Source: Hydrolagus colliei (Eukaryota). Taken from it: 64,000 bases of DNA. The notes beneath the pieces are model-generated. The model did not search any database and had not been told where the DNA came from. It was given only the letters and a program-made list of their open reading frames with translations. Of the stretch, positions 45,217 to 57,300 are shown in pieces (position 1 is the stretch's first letter; every line of letters starts with the position of its first letter). Both the position numbers and the translations under genes were made by a program. The DNA is taken from positions 8,680,001 through 8,744,000 of the forward strand of contig CM068761.1 of NCBI GenBank assembly GCA_035084275.1, in the 5' to 3' direction.

Positions 45217-48200
45217 TTCATAGATTCATAGAATTTTACGGCACAAAAGGAGGCCATTCGGCCCATCTAGTCTGTGCCGGCTCTTTGAAAAGAGCGATTC
45301 AATCCCACTGCCCTGCCCACTCCCCATAGCGTAATAGACCTGTTCTCCCTAAATAAAGATCTATTTCCCTTTTAAAAGTTGTTATCGAATCAGCCTCCAC
45401 CACCTTTTCAGGCAATGCATTCCAGATTCGAACAACTCGCTGAGTGAACAAATTTCTCCTCAGCTCCCCTCTACTTCGCCTTGAAACTATTTTAAATCTG
45501 TGACCACGAGTCACAGATTCACCCACGAGTGGAAATAGTTTTTCTCTATTTGCCCTGTCGAAACCCCTCATGATCTTATAAACCTCTATTAGGTCTCCCC
45601 TCAATCTTCTCTGCTCCAGAGAGAATAACCCTAGCTTTTCTAGCCTCTCCTCATAGCTGAAGTCCCTCAATCCTGGCACCATCCCAGTAAATCTTCTTTG
45701 TACCCTTTCCAATGCCTTCACATCCTTTCTGTAGTGTGGTGACCAGAATTGAACACAGTATTCCAGCTGAGGCCTCACCAAAGTCTTATAGAGGTTAGTC
45801 AGCACTTCCTGACTTTTGTACTCTATACCCCTGTTTATAAAGCCTAATATCCCATATGTCTTCTTAACAGCCTTGTCAACCTGTCCTGCCACCTTCAACG
45901 AGTCACTAACACAAATCCCCAGGTCTCTCTGTTCCTTCACACCATTTAAAATTGTACTATCTAGCCTATATTGCCTCACTTCATTTCTTCTCCCAAAATG
46001 CATCACCTCACACTTCTCTGCATTAAACTTCATCTGCCATGTGTCTGCCCACTTTACCAATTTGTCTATATCCACTTGCAGATGGCTACTATCCTCCTCA
46101 CTATTTACTAATCTCCCTAACGTAGTGTCATCTGCAAACTTGGAAACTGTACTCCGTACACCCAAGTCCAGATCATTGATGTAGATTACAAACAGCAATG
46201 GTCCCAAAACCGATCCCTGTGGCACACCACTGCTCACTTCCCTCCAATCTGAAAAACAGCCGCTCACTACAATTCTCTGCTTTCTGTCTCACAGCCAGTT
46301 GTGGATCCACGCAGCCACTGTCCCTTTTACGCCATGGGCCTTTAATTTCATAATAAGTCTCTCATGAGGCACTTTGTCAAATGCCTTTTGAAAGTCCATG
46401 TAAACTACATCAACTGCGCTACCATTATCCACCCATTCCGTTACCTCATCAAAAAATTCTATCAGATTTGTAAGGCAAGATTTGCCTTTAACAAATCCAT
46501 GTTGACTGTCCTTTATTAGCCTATATCTTTCTAAGTGAATCATAGAATCATAGAACCATAGAATTTTACGGCACAAAAGGAGGCCATTCGGCCCATCTAG
46601 TCTGTGCCGGCTCTTTGAAAAGAGCGATTCAATCCCACTGCCCTGCCCGCTCCCCATAGCCTAATAGCCCCGTTCTCCCTAAATAAAGATCTAATTCCCT
46701 TTTAAAAGTTGTTATCGAATCAGGCTCCTCCACCTTTTCAGGCAATGCATTCCAGATTCGAACAACTCGCTGAGTGAAAAAATTTCTCCTCAGCTCCCCT
46801 CTACTGCGCCTTGAAACTATTATAATCTGTGACCACGAGTCACAGATTCACCCACGAGTGGAAATAGTTTTTCTCTATTTGCCCTGTCGAAACCCCTCAT
46901 GATCTTATAAACCTCTATTAGGTAGAAGATCTACCTTGTCCCTGATTATGGACTCTAGAAGTTTGCCCACTACCGACGTTCGACTGACTGGTCTGTAGTT
47001 ACCAGGCTTGTCCTTCTGCCCCTTTTTATACAAGGGAGTAACATTAGCTATCCTCCAGTCCTCTGGCACGACCCCTGTGTCCAAGGAAGATTGAAAGATC
47101 GTGGCCAGAGTCCCTGCTATTTGTTCCCGTGCCTCACTTAGTAACCTAGGGTGCATCCCATCCAGACCAGGTGACTTATCCACCTTGAGCAACGTCAACC
47201 ATTTTAGAACTTCCTCTCTGGTTATAATTATTCTATCGATTTCTCCTACCCTCTCCTCTAATACCATGGCATTGGCTGTATCCTTTTCTTTTGTGAAGAC
47301 AGAGGCGAAGTACTCATTCAGTACATCAGCCATGCCCTCTGCCTCCACAATGAGATTTCCTCCTAGTTCCCTAATTGGCCCCACCCTATCCTTGACCAAC
47401 TTTTTACTCTTAATATGTTGGTAAAAAACCTTAGGGTTCCCCTTAATCTTACTCGCTAATTGTTTTTCATGCAGTCTCTTTGCCCCTCTCACTTCCTTTT
47501 TTAGTTCTATCCTACACTTCCTATATTCTGCTTGGTACCCTTCTGAATTTTGAGCCTGACACTTATCATAAGCCTCTTTTTTTTGTTTTATTTTGGCCCC
47601 GATTTCCTTAGTCATCCAGGGAGGTTTGGATGCCTTACATTTCACCTTTGTGGGGATGCTTTTGACCTGTGCCTGAACTATCTCCTCTTTGAACGCTGCC
47701 CACTGCTCGTTAGTTGTCTTACCTGCCAATTTTTCTTTCCAATCCACCTTGGCTAGGTCCCACCTCAACTCATTGAAATTAGCCGTTTTCCAGTTGAGTG
47801 TCCTCACCTGTGATCATTCCTTATCCCTTTCCATAATTATTCTGAATCTAACGATATTGTGGTCACTATTCGCTAGATGCTCACCTACAGAAACCTGTTG
47901 AACTTGCCCTACCTCATTTCCCAAAACTAGATCCAGCAATGCTTCTTTCCTCGTTGGACTGGAAACATACTGATCAAGAAAGTTGTCCTGCACACACTTC
48001 AGGAATTCTTCTCCCTCCTTGCCCGTTACTCTACTATTCTGCCAGTCTATGTTGGGATAGTTGAAGTCACCCATTATCACTACTCTATTAGCTCTGCATT
48101 TCTCCGTGATACGCTTGCAGATCTGCTTGTCTATCTCCTCCCCACTATTTGGTGGTCTATAGTTTACCCCTAACAGTGTAACTGCACCTTTTTTATTCTT

Positions 48201-48625
48201 CATTTCTAACCAGATAGATTCGGTTTTTAGTCCTTCTTCCACCTCGTTCCTTTCTAAGGCAGTCACTGAGTCCATAACTAAAATTGCCACCCCGCCCCCT
48301 TTTCTCCCTTCTCTATCCCTCCTGAATACATTATAACCAGGAACGTTCAACTCCCATTCCTGCCCATGCTGGAGCCAAGTCTCTGTTACTGCTATAACAT
48401 CATATCGCCACGCAGCAACCTGAGCCTGCAGCAGCTCACCAATTTTATTTCTCAAACTTCGTGCATTTACATACATGCACTCTAAGGCACAAATTACTTC
48501 CTCTGCACTTTTCTCCCGTCTTACCCTTACCCCTGTCCTCTTTGCTACCCCTCCCGTATCTGAACTACTGATCAGTTTCCCACCCTCACCCCCCGGGATT
48601 AGTTTAAAGCCCCCCCCACAAAACT
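45217..48625 (-). mobile_element. CR1 LINE with nearly complete ORF2, interrupted
   Basis: Begins at the ORF1 end (GGALN*). ORF2 starts MYVNARSL at 48476, has a TGA at 47814 where the other copy has CGA, and is split by a nested CR1 at 46540-46923. The RT C-terminus is at 45299-46267. Confidence 0.95.
46540..46923 (-). mobile_element. Nested short CR1 3' fragment
   Basis: A second CR1 3' UTR and tail (tcatagaatcatagaaccatagaat) sits inside host sequence ctaagtgaa|gatctacc. gaa is repeated on both sides. Confidence 0.9.
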
Positions 48626-48949
48626 TGTCTGCAGGTCTGTATCAGGTCAGGTGTGGCATCTCAGTGTGGAAATTGTAACTGAGTCGAAAGATGAAACATT
48701 TCTACCAACAAATTATCCAACATTGGAACAAGCTGCACAACAGTGTGATTCCCTGTGAACCCAGACGAGAGATCTTGTAAGATTCACAAACTTGAAAGTC
48801 AGGATATGTGCCTTCTACGATTGTGTAAATAACTGAAGATTGGGTGCTGTTGGCTTTAATTTTACAAAACGGTTTCATACTGGAAATGAAAATAAGCTTC
48901 AATTAATCAAACTCGTCGGGCGGAAACGCTATGCCTTTTGGGAAAATGG

Positions 48950-49083
48950 GCAGTAAAATGTCTATAATCTGCATAATCTTCAATCTCTGGCTCAGAACAA
49001 GGATTCCCATAGGACAGTGCAATCAGGAGGGTGGTTTGCATAACCAATGAATTCAATTGGACTTGCAAAAGCTGATGGTTCTT
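48950..49083 (+). promoter_or_regulatory. Degenerate V promoter of cluster 4
   Basis: Matches the reverse complement of 13750-13880. The octamer is mutated to GTTTGCAT (49034-49041). Confidence 0.8.
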
Positions 49084-49472
49084 GCCCCGCCCTGCTTAAC
49101 TAATTTACTTTCCCCCTACAAGCCCACCTGGACCCACCGTTCAACAGGACTTGGCCTGCTCCAAGCCACCCGCCTCAACCGCCCCACCATCGTAGGCCGG
49201 GCCTTCAGTTTCTCCGCTCCCACCCTATGGAACACCTTCCCCCAATCCCTCCATTTAGTTTCTTCCCTTTCCTCTTTCAAGGCCGGTTTGAAGACTTTCC
49301 TCTTCGACCGTGCCTTTTGTTCCACCCCGAATTTTTCGACCTCCACTTCGTGTCTCACCCCTTCCCAAACACTCGCCTCCCAGGTCGTGTCACACGCCTC
49401 CTGTGCAGTGCCTTGGGACGTCCTCCCGACGTGAAAGGCGCTCTATAAGTGTAACTTGTTTTTGTTGTTGTT
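49084..49472 (+). mobile_element. L2 3' fragment inserted in the cluster 4 promoter
   Basis: APPCLTNLLSPYKPTW...FSFSAPTLWN...FKAGLKTFLF with a ttgttgtt tail. The flanks rejoin as the promoter sequence gatggttctt/gagaagttt. Confidence 0.88.
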
Positions 49473-49553
49473 GAGAAGTTTGGAATCAAGCAGTAAAGTG
49501 GCTTTTGGCTAGAAAAATCTTTCATCTCTCTGAGCGTCATCCAACCATTCACG

Positions 49554-49581
49554 ATGGGCGACTGCCTCCGAGTTCTGGTCG
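49554..49581 (+). pseudogene. IGLV: Truncated leader exon of cluster 4
   Basis: ATGGGCGACTGCCTCCGAGTTCTGGTCG (MGDCLRVLV) against ATGGGCGATTGGCTCCGAGTTCTGGCCG in cluster 1. The preceding 80 nt match the V1 5' UTR. Confidence 0.85.
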
Positions 49582-51704
49582 GAAAGTAGATTGGTTAAAT
49601 AGGGCGGAGCAAGGCCGTGTAAGACCTTGAAGGTGAGGACGAGGATCTTGAACTCGATCCTCTGGAGAATGGGGAGCCAATGGAGACGGGCGAGGTTGGG
49701 GGTTATATGGCCGCGGAGGCGGGTGCGGGATAATACACGGGCTGCAGAGTTTTGGATGACCTGCAGCCTGTGAATGGAGGAACTGGGGAGGCCGACGAGG
49801 AGAGAGTTTCCGTAGTCCAGCCTCGAGGTGATGAATGCGTGCACGAGTGTTTCGGCAGCGTGGGGGGTAAGATAGTTGCGGAGCCTGGCAATGTTGCGCA
49901 GGTGGAAATAAACGGTGCCGGTCAAGGCACGGATGTGGGGGAGGAAAGAGAGTTTTTGATCGAACGTGATGCCGAGGTTCCTGATTGGCTTTGTGAGGTG
50001 GAGAGTACACCCTTGGATTTTGAGGCTGGCAGCGCCCGATGTGCGCAGGCGCTGGCTTGAGCCGATCAGGAGGGCCTCGGTCTTACTCACGTTCAATTGC
50101 AGGAAGTTGACCCACGTCCAGGACTCGATGTCGGACAGACATGCTGGTCTGGGGGTTGAGGGATGAGGCAGAAAGGTACAGCTGGATGTCGTCTGCATAC
50201 ATGTGGAAATTTATCCCATGTTTGCGGATGACATCGCCCAGAGGGAGCGTGTAAAGGGTGAAAAGGAGGGGACCTAGGAAAGTGCCCTGAGGGACGCCAT
50301 GAGAAAGTGTGCGGGGGTTTGAGGAAAACCCGTTGGAAGAAACAAAGTGTAAACGGTGGGTCAGGTAGGAATGGAATCAGTCAAGGACTGTGGCTTGAAG
50401 GTTGAGGTGGGAGGAAAGACTTTGGAGGAGGAGGATAGGGAACGGCGATATGGGAATTTTCCGGATATGGATATATCGGTTGGCTCATATCGAGATATAC
50501 CGAAATACCGATATTTCCTTTTTTTCCTACTGCGCATGCGCGCGCGCATTCGGGGTGTGCGCGCATTCCGGGTGCGCACGCATTCCGGATGCGCGCGCAT
50601 TCAGGGCCTATCTTCTCAGGAGGTAAATATCTTTCTCTCTCTGTGTCTCTCACTCTCTCCATCTCTGTGTTTTTCTGTCTGTGTCTCCCTTTGTCTCTCT
50701 CCCTCTCTCGTCTCTCACATACCCCCCCATCTCTATCTATCTGTATATTATCACATCCACCCCGTCTCTCCCCACCCTCCCCCCGCCGTCTCTCTCTCCC
50801 TCCCCCCCCAGCCGTCTCTCTCCCCCTCCCCACAGCCGTCTCTCTCCCCCTCTCCTCCGCCCCCCCCCCCCCCCCCCCGCCGTCTCTCTCTCCCTCCCCC
50901 CCCAGCCGTCTCTCTCACCCTCCCCCCAGCCGTCTCTCTCCCTCTCTCCTCCCCCCCACCCCACCCCGCCGTCTCTCTCTCCCTCCCCCGCAAGCCGTCT
51001 CTCTCCCCCCCCCCCAGCCGTCTATCACCCCTCCCCCCAGCCGTCTCTCTCCCTCTCTCCTCCCCCGCCCTCAAGCCGTCTCTCCCCCTCTCCTCCCCCC
51101 CCCTCCAGCCGTCTCTCTCCCCCTCTCCCCCCCCAAACGTCCCTCTCCCCCTCTCCCCCCCCAGCCGTCTCTCTCCCCCTCTCCCCCCCCAGCCGTCTAT
51201 CTCCCCCTCCCCCCAGCCGTCTCTCTCCCCCTCAACCCCCCCCCAGCCGTCTCTCTCCCCCTCACACCCCACCCACAGCCGTCTCTCTCCCCCCACCCCT
51301 TGCATACCTGTATGTTGTATTCCAGGACTATTAATACAAGATGGCGGCTTTGCATCTCGGTCTGTGCATTGTGTATAGAGATGAGCATTCTGGATCTTGT
51401 AGTTGATTGTGCTCGCATCCCGATTTTGTACCTCGATATACCGTGTTTCGATATATCGGTATTTTTAAACGTCTATATCGGAATATCGATATGAAAATCA
51501 TGTCGGGTTTTGGTGATATACCGATATATCGCCTTTCCCTAGGTTGCTGTGATCGACTGTGTCGAACGCAGCAGACAGGTCAAAGAGGACGAGGAGGCAG
51601 AGGGAGCCCTGGTCACAGGCGGTTAGTATGCCATTTGTAACCTTAACTAGGGCAATTTATGCGCTGTGAATTGGGCGGAAACCTGATTGGATGGGTTCAA
51701 GGAG
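49582..51704 (-). mobile_element. L2 RT fragment (interrupted by a MITE) replacing the VJ exon
   Basis: LLEPIQSGFRP...LFDLSAAFDTVDH (51542-51700) continues past the MITE into [10 protein letters not shown]...YADD...HGLAPPYLTNLLS. There is no 3' tail. Confidence 0.88.
50436..51541. mobile_element. MITE family 1, copy 2 (opposite orientation)
   Basis: TIR TAGGGAACGGCGATAT / ATATCGCCTTTCCCTA. Same internal layout and minisatellite as 19106-20314. No clear TSD. Confidence 0.88.
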
Positions 51705-53230
51705 ATAAACAGCAAGTGTCCGCAGAGTAATACTCGCTGGGCTCTGCTGGACCGATTGGTGTGCTGTTGAAATCCCAAAGTGACCCAGATACCGTGTAAA
51801 TGCTGCTTTTGTGTATCTAGCTAAACATTTGGTGAATGCTTAATTGCCGTGAGAGGAGTAAAACTGTTTAACTGGTACCCAGATGATTGAGAATACCTCG
51901 GTGAGTATACAATAGCTTTGAGGTTTCGCATTCAAATATAATCGATTAATTTTAGAATCATTCAAACGCTATAATGCGCTACGTGAGTGTGTAACCCCTA
52001 TGTTATTCTCCCGTTTCACAGTCTTTCCGGTTCAACATTTTTTCTGTGCATAATTGCATTCGGATTTCTTAACATGCTTTGTTTTCTCCGCATCACTCCC
52101 ATTAAAATGCGTTTCTATTTTAAGATTTTGTTTCGCGCCATTCTCGTCAGATTTTAGATTTTTGTAAATGTTTTATTTTGTCCCAATTCCGTATCTGATA
52201 TCTCGCATTGGAACATCACTCCAGGGATTAAGTAACGCCACGTGTTTCACCACAAGTTGCTGTAAGTGATCAAATGGGAGTCATCGCCGAGGCAGAGGCG
52301 GCTCAATCTGGTCATAATAGAAAATATATGTTTTCCCTTAGAAATTAAGTTTGCTGTTAGTCCTCTTGGTCGTCAAGTTAAGGAGACCTACATATTAACT
52401 GCACTGTAGATTGAAATATCGGAATCTGCTTGAATTGGCAGTGTTGGTGAAAAGAGAAACGTTCTTTCGTTCATGTATCTGTCTACCTGTTTATTTTTAT
52501 TTTTTTCGGATTTTCACGTTTTTGCTAACTGAGGCCGGTGCCCGTGAAATGTTACTTCTGGAGCTGCTGATTTATAGTGGGGATGAAAGCATTTTTCTGT
52601 TACTGTATTTGTATCCGTATCTCAAAATCGATCCCAAAAGATTCAATTTGATCTTGAGAATTACTAAATTCTGAATTAATGCGTTGTTTATATGCATATT
52701 TATATGCATTTAGTAAACGTTCTTTCCCTGGAAACGGAATGGAAACATGGAGACAATTAACAATACTGCGCTTCCAGTCAGCTGCTCCTGCTATATAATA
52801 CCCGTGACAGATATTTAGTGTTTTATGTTATTTCTGATAAATGATGTATTGTATTTATTAAATACAGGACTATTTCAACGCTTTGTTCCCATTTAACTGC
52901 GCATTAACAAATTACTGATAATGTAATGGAATGGGGTATGATGAACAACGCCGACATTTGTCCATCAGCTGTGAAAGGCCCTGAACAAATACAATATTGT
53001 TATTGATGATGATAGTTGTACTTTGTCAAAATTGAATGGGACCATCAATAAATCTGGACAAGAAAATGTTTTTTCATTTACATTAATGTGAAATTCGGTA
53101 TTGCAGCATTCAGTAGCGATCCTGAAGTTGTGTCCTGCTATTGTAGTATTAAGATGTTGAAATAAAATTTCAGCTATTTCTATTGATCGTATTATGAACA
53201 GGATCTGAATATTAAATATTTTCCTTCCAG

Positions 53231-53553
53231 ACCCACGGGCCCCTTCGGTGACTGTCCTTCCGCCATCACCAGATCAAATCACAGCAAAGGGTAAGGCGAC
53301 CCTGGTGTGTCTGGTGAATGATTTTACCCCGGGAGCTGTGGAGGTCAAGTGGACTGTGGATGGCAGTGCCAGAAGTGAAGTTGTTGAAACGAGTGCGATC
53401 AAGCAGGAGGTGGACAACAGGTACAGTGTGAGCAGTTATCTGACTCTGCCAGCCTCCGAGTGGGAGTCACACGAGCTGTATTCCTGTCTGGTCAAACACG
53501 AGACTCGGGGGACTCCGCTGGAAAAAACCATCGCCAGATCCAGTTGTATCTAA
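53231..53553 (+). CDS. IGLC: Orphan IgL constant exon, cluster 4 (open frame, no VJ)
   Basis: Acceptor ttccttccag|AC and a 323-nt intact frame ending KHETRGTPLEKTIARSSCI*. The upstream 51705-53230 is J-C intron homologue only. Confidence 0.88.
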
Positions 53554-53814
53554 ATCAGGAATGTGCAGCGCTAAGGGAATGTATCATTGACAATCTACCT
53601 TCAATAATAACAATCGTGTTTAAAGTGTTTACGCATAAGGTGAATTTCCCGATGGAGAACAAGAAACTCTTAGATTTTTAAGTATTGTAATAAATCTGAC
53701 AAGAATAATACTTGGCAGTTTGCTGGATCTGATTGGTTCTTTTTTACTGCAGGTTCAAGCTGCCTTGATCAAGCCGCATATGTAACATTACAGAAATAAC
53801 AAATACTATAGCTT

Positions 53815-53820
53815 AATAAA
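53815..53820 (+). terminator. Polyadenylation signal AATAAA of C4
   Basis: Positionally homologous to the signals of C1 and C3. Confidence 0.65.
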
Positions 53821-54729
53821 ATGATTCTTCCATTGCCGTCCGTGTCGTGGCTCTTTTCCACGCAAATCTTTTCTTGATTTCATAGGTTTTTTTGTTCGTA
53901 CCACAATTTTTTTTAATGAAGCATACACACAGTACTTAGATGTGTTTAAAGTTGCTCGCTTAAAATTTTGGGGAAATCTTAATTTCGGTCGTTAGTTTGG
54001 AGCCTTTTCATGTCGTTCTTAAAAAAAAGACGTTCAAATCAAACTGAAAATATATTAAAATGAATGCGAGTTACAAAATATTGCACAACGTTAAATATTA
54101 AGTCATGATTGTTGTTACTGGCTGAGCGCATATGAACCGCTCTGTCCTAACAGTACTGTACATCAAATCTGGGTTGATGTACAGTATTGATGTATAGGGT
54201 TGATGTACAACACACACCCCTCCCTCGTGGGCTTTGCGCCCAAGTCTGTTGCGAACCATAGCAACTTCCTCTTTGCAGCATTACCCCTAGATCTGGTCGA
54301 ATAGTGGGTATTTATATTTGAATTGGGAGAATTGATTTGTTAGGAGAGAGTAGTACAATTGAAGGAACCGTTTAAAACAATAAAATTCGAAACACTCAAC
54401 ACAACCGACATTCAGAGGGCCGTTGTGTACATTCACGGGATACAGCACAGTATGGTACTCCCGTAATCTCAACATTTTCATCTATTAATGGTTTTGAATG
54501 GTTGTCAGATCCAACGAGGCCCAACAACCACCACCAGGCATTCTGAATCATGCGCTAATTTTGTGAGTCAAAGCTGCCAGTGATGATTGTTCTTGATGGG
54601 GGAGGGAGGCGGATTCAACAAGTTTATTTTGGACCCCTTTCAGGCACACTTTCTATCTTATTTTAGTGGCATCAATGCTTCTAACACCAACTAAATTTCG
54701 CCTCTCACGTCGTTGGACACCCCAACACA

Positions 54730-54940
54730 CTGAACAATCTGGGGTAAGGACCAGAGTATGGGAGAGGGGGGGAGGGTTGGGATGGGGGAAGGGCAGTGAG
54801 ATACGAAGGCGCCTGAAGGTATGGTGAAAAGGTGGGTGTCAGGTTGCGATGAGGGGAGACAGATGTACGAGGCACAGTTCAGTCGGGCCTTGAAGGAGAC
54901 AAGGCGAAGAGATTGTGGGATGCAATTCCAAAAAGTGTGG
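54730..54940 (-). mobile_element. L2 3' fragment
   Basis: The reverse complement contains ttttggaattgcatcccacaatctcttcgccttgtctccttcaaggcccgactg. Confidence 0.6.
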
Positions 54941-56399
54941 ACAGAATATATTTTGATAAGGTATAAAGTGTTGGTTTAGATAACGCTATTTATGAAATCC
55001 CTTCAACGATCACGGTCATAATGCAATAATATACGTTTAACTATTCATCATTTTTTTTTCCTTTGGAATCGGCATCATTGTAAAGCCATCAGCTGATGGC
55101 AGCCTTGTGACATGAGGCTGATTCACCTCACAGTCCCACAGTCACTGCAGTCTCAGAGGAGATTTGTTTTATTCAATCGATTTATAACAACTGCAGAAAC
55201 CGATCAATATATTTAGAATCATTATTATATCAGGGGGCATAACCAGTACATAGAGATAGAATGTTAAACTGTTACAAAGCAGATATTATAACAAAGAACC
55301 AAATTTTGCAGTGTTGTTATTCGAAGTATTGTCCTTTGTCCTGTTTGTATGTGAATTTTTTTTAAAAAAATTCCATGCAATTCGTGAATGTTTGTGTCGA
55401 CATTCCACCTGGATCTGTTGACCTACAGAAAGTAATTCTCAAAATTGACTATGAATTTAACAGGCTGACAATTTTTGAAACCTGTAAAATGCTACATTAC
55501 TAGTGTACATTTTGACCCACCTTGTATTTCGTAACTTCTGAAAGACAAGATGTGGGCAGAATCAGGGCGAGGAGCAGAAGAATTGTATTCAACTCAAACA
55601 CTCGATCGCTAGAGGCCGCTGTCTCGCAATAAATCAAAGCGTTTCCTCAGGCTCACAGAGGCAATAATTTTGAGTGAATGACAATTTCAATATAGCTCTT
55701 CTAACTCTCATAAAATCTACTTGTTTGTTGTTACTTGCGGTTACTGTTTTGTAGCCAAACATAGTAGTTGATTGTGGCAGCAAAATCACTCAAGGAGTCA
55801 AGAATAAAAATACTTATTAATCTTGTGTATCTTGTGGCCAGGACTGTAACAGAAACGTTCTTTTTCAATTAATGTTACAGAAGTGGTTATGTCTGCCCGA
55901 GGAAATAGCAACTTGGTTTAGCAGCTTGTTAAAAGAATAAAAACTCTGGTAATGCACCAATACCCTCAACAGTGGGCTTCATTGTTAGCCCTAGATGAGC
56001 CGATAAAAATCATGACAGATGTTCAATTTGATGTTAGATTCTATCATTTATTCATTGTAGATTATCACTTTTGGTGCCACCTGCGGGAATATGCATGTTA
56101 CTACAGTACTTTAATTTTACCGGGATGTGTTCGCTGTCAAATTGCCTGACTTCCAATATACCTCACCCCCAAGGCAGCCAAAACCCAAGCCCACATCTTC
56201 GAGAAGAAAAGTTAGTGAAGTCAGCTTTGGGGTGAGATGTCTCTGAGGCAATGTACTTCAGACAATCAAATTTAGGTTAATCTTATGGCAGGTTCTCCAC
56301 CATACGATAATAATAAGCAAAAGCAAAAACAAGTTGTATTTATGCAGCGTGATTCATGTTGGGATTATGTACCAAAGTTCTGGACAGTCAAGGTTTTGC

Positions 56400-56895
56400 A
56401 TCCTTGCTGGGGTTGGAATCAATGGGGATGGGGTGAAAGGATCACAAAGGCATGATCAAAGATAAAGGACTTGAGATGAACGTTTAACGAGGGAAGGCAG
56501 GGCAAGGTGAAAGGATTCCTGGATGGAATTGTCGAGGATGTGGCCAGAAGGGTGAAGGCCTACTTGCAGGAAGTAGTGTAGCCAAGCCTGGATGTGATAA
56601 ATGGATGAATGATGGTCTCGGCATGTTGATGAGGGAGGCAGTGGCAGAGGTTGGTAATGTAATGGGAGTGAGGCACACAGAACGGTTTCAGGTGTTGATG
56701 TGGGGATAAAATGATCAATGAGGGTTGAACACAATACCAAGATTTGGTACTGACTCTTTGAGGTGATGTGTACAACTGTCAACAGTGACGTTGTCAGAGC
56801 CTGGCACGAACAATTGCTGATAGGAGCCAAATAAGAGGGTGTCCGCCCTATGAATGTCCAACTGGAGAAAATTAGCTGTCATCCAGGACCTGATC
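56400..56895 (-). mobile_element. Old L2 fragment
   Basis: WMTANFLQLDIHRADTLLFGS...NLGIVFNPH. Paralogue of 43060-43545. Confidence 0.65.
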
Positions 56896-56986
56896 ATTGA
56901 AAAGGGAAATAAAACATTGAGAAATATAGATGCGGTGCTGGAATGCATATTTATTTGTAAATCAACTGTCCTGCAAAATCAGAGTA

Positions 56987-57300
56987 CATAAGAACATAAG
57001 AAATGCTTGATAAAAAAAGATCAAGGTTCATCAAGTTCACCTCCCTGTCAGTCGCATGCATGTATGTCCTCAACTACATATGGACTATGTCCAATAATGT
57101 CTAATCTCGTGATTTCACTATTCTAATCTGTGTTTGAAAGAATCTGCACTTCCTGCTTTAACCATCTCCTTAGGGAACACTGGAATAATGTTTGCGTAGA
57201 TATGTTCTGAATTGTTCTCCCTTCAACCACTCAGGAATGGTTTCATGTTGATACCATGTGACATATCAGCCGTTTGATTCGCCTGAAGTCAATTGCCAAA
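56987..57300 (-). mobile_element. Old CR1-type 3' end
   Basis: cataagaacataagaa tail followed by degenerate CR1-like 3' sequence. The inner boundary is uncertain. Confidence 0.45.

Noticed and set aside
49582-49592. Cryptic donor (AA|GTAGAT) splicing the truncated leader to C4
   Set aside because: It is a poor donor match and in phase 2, whereas the C exon needs phase 1.
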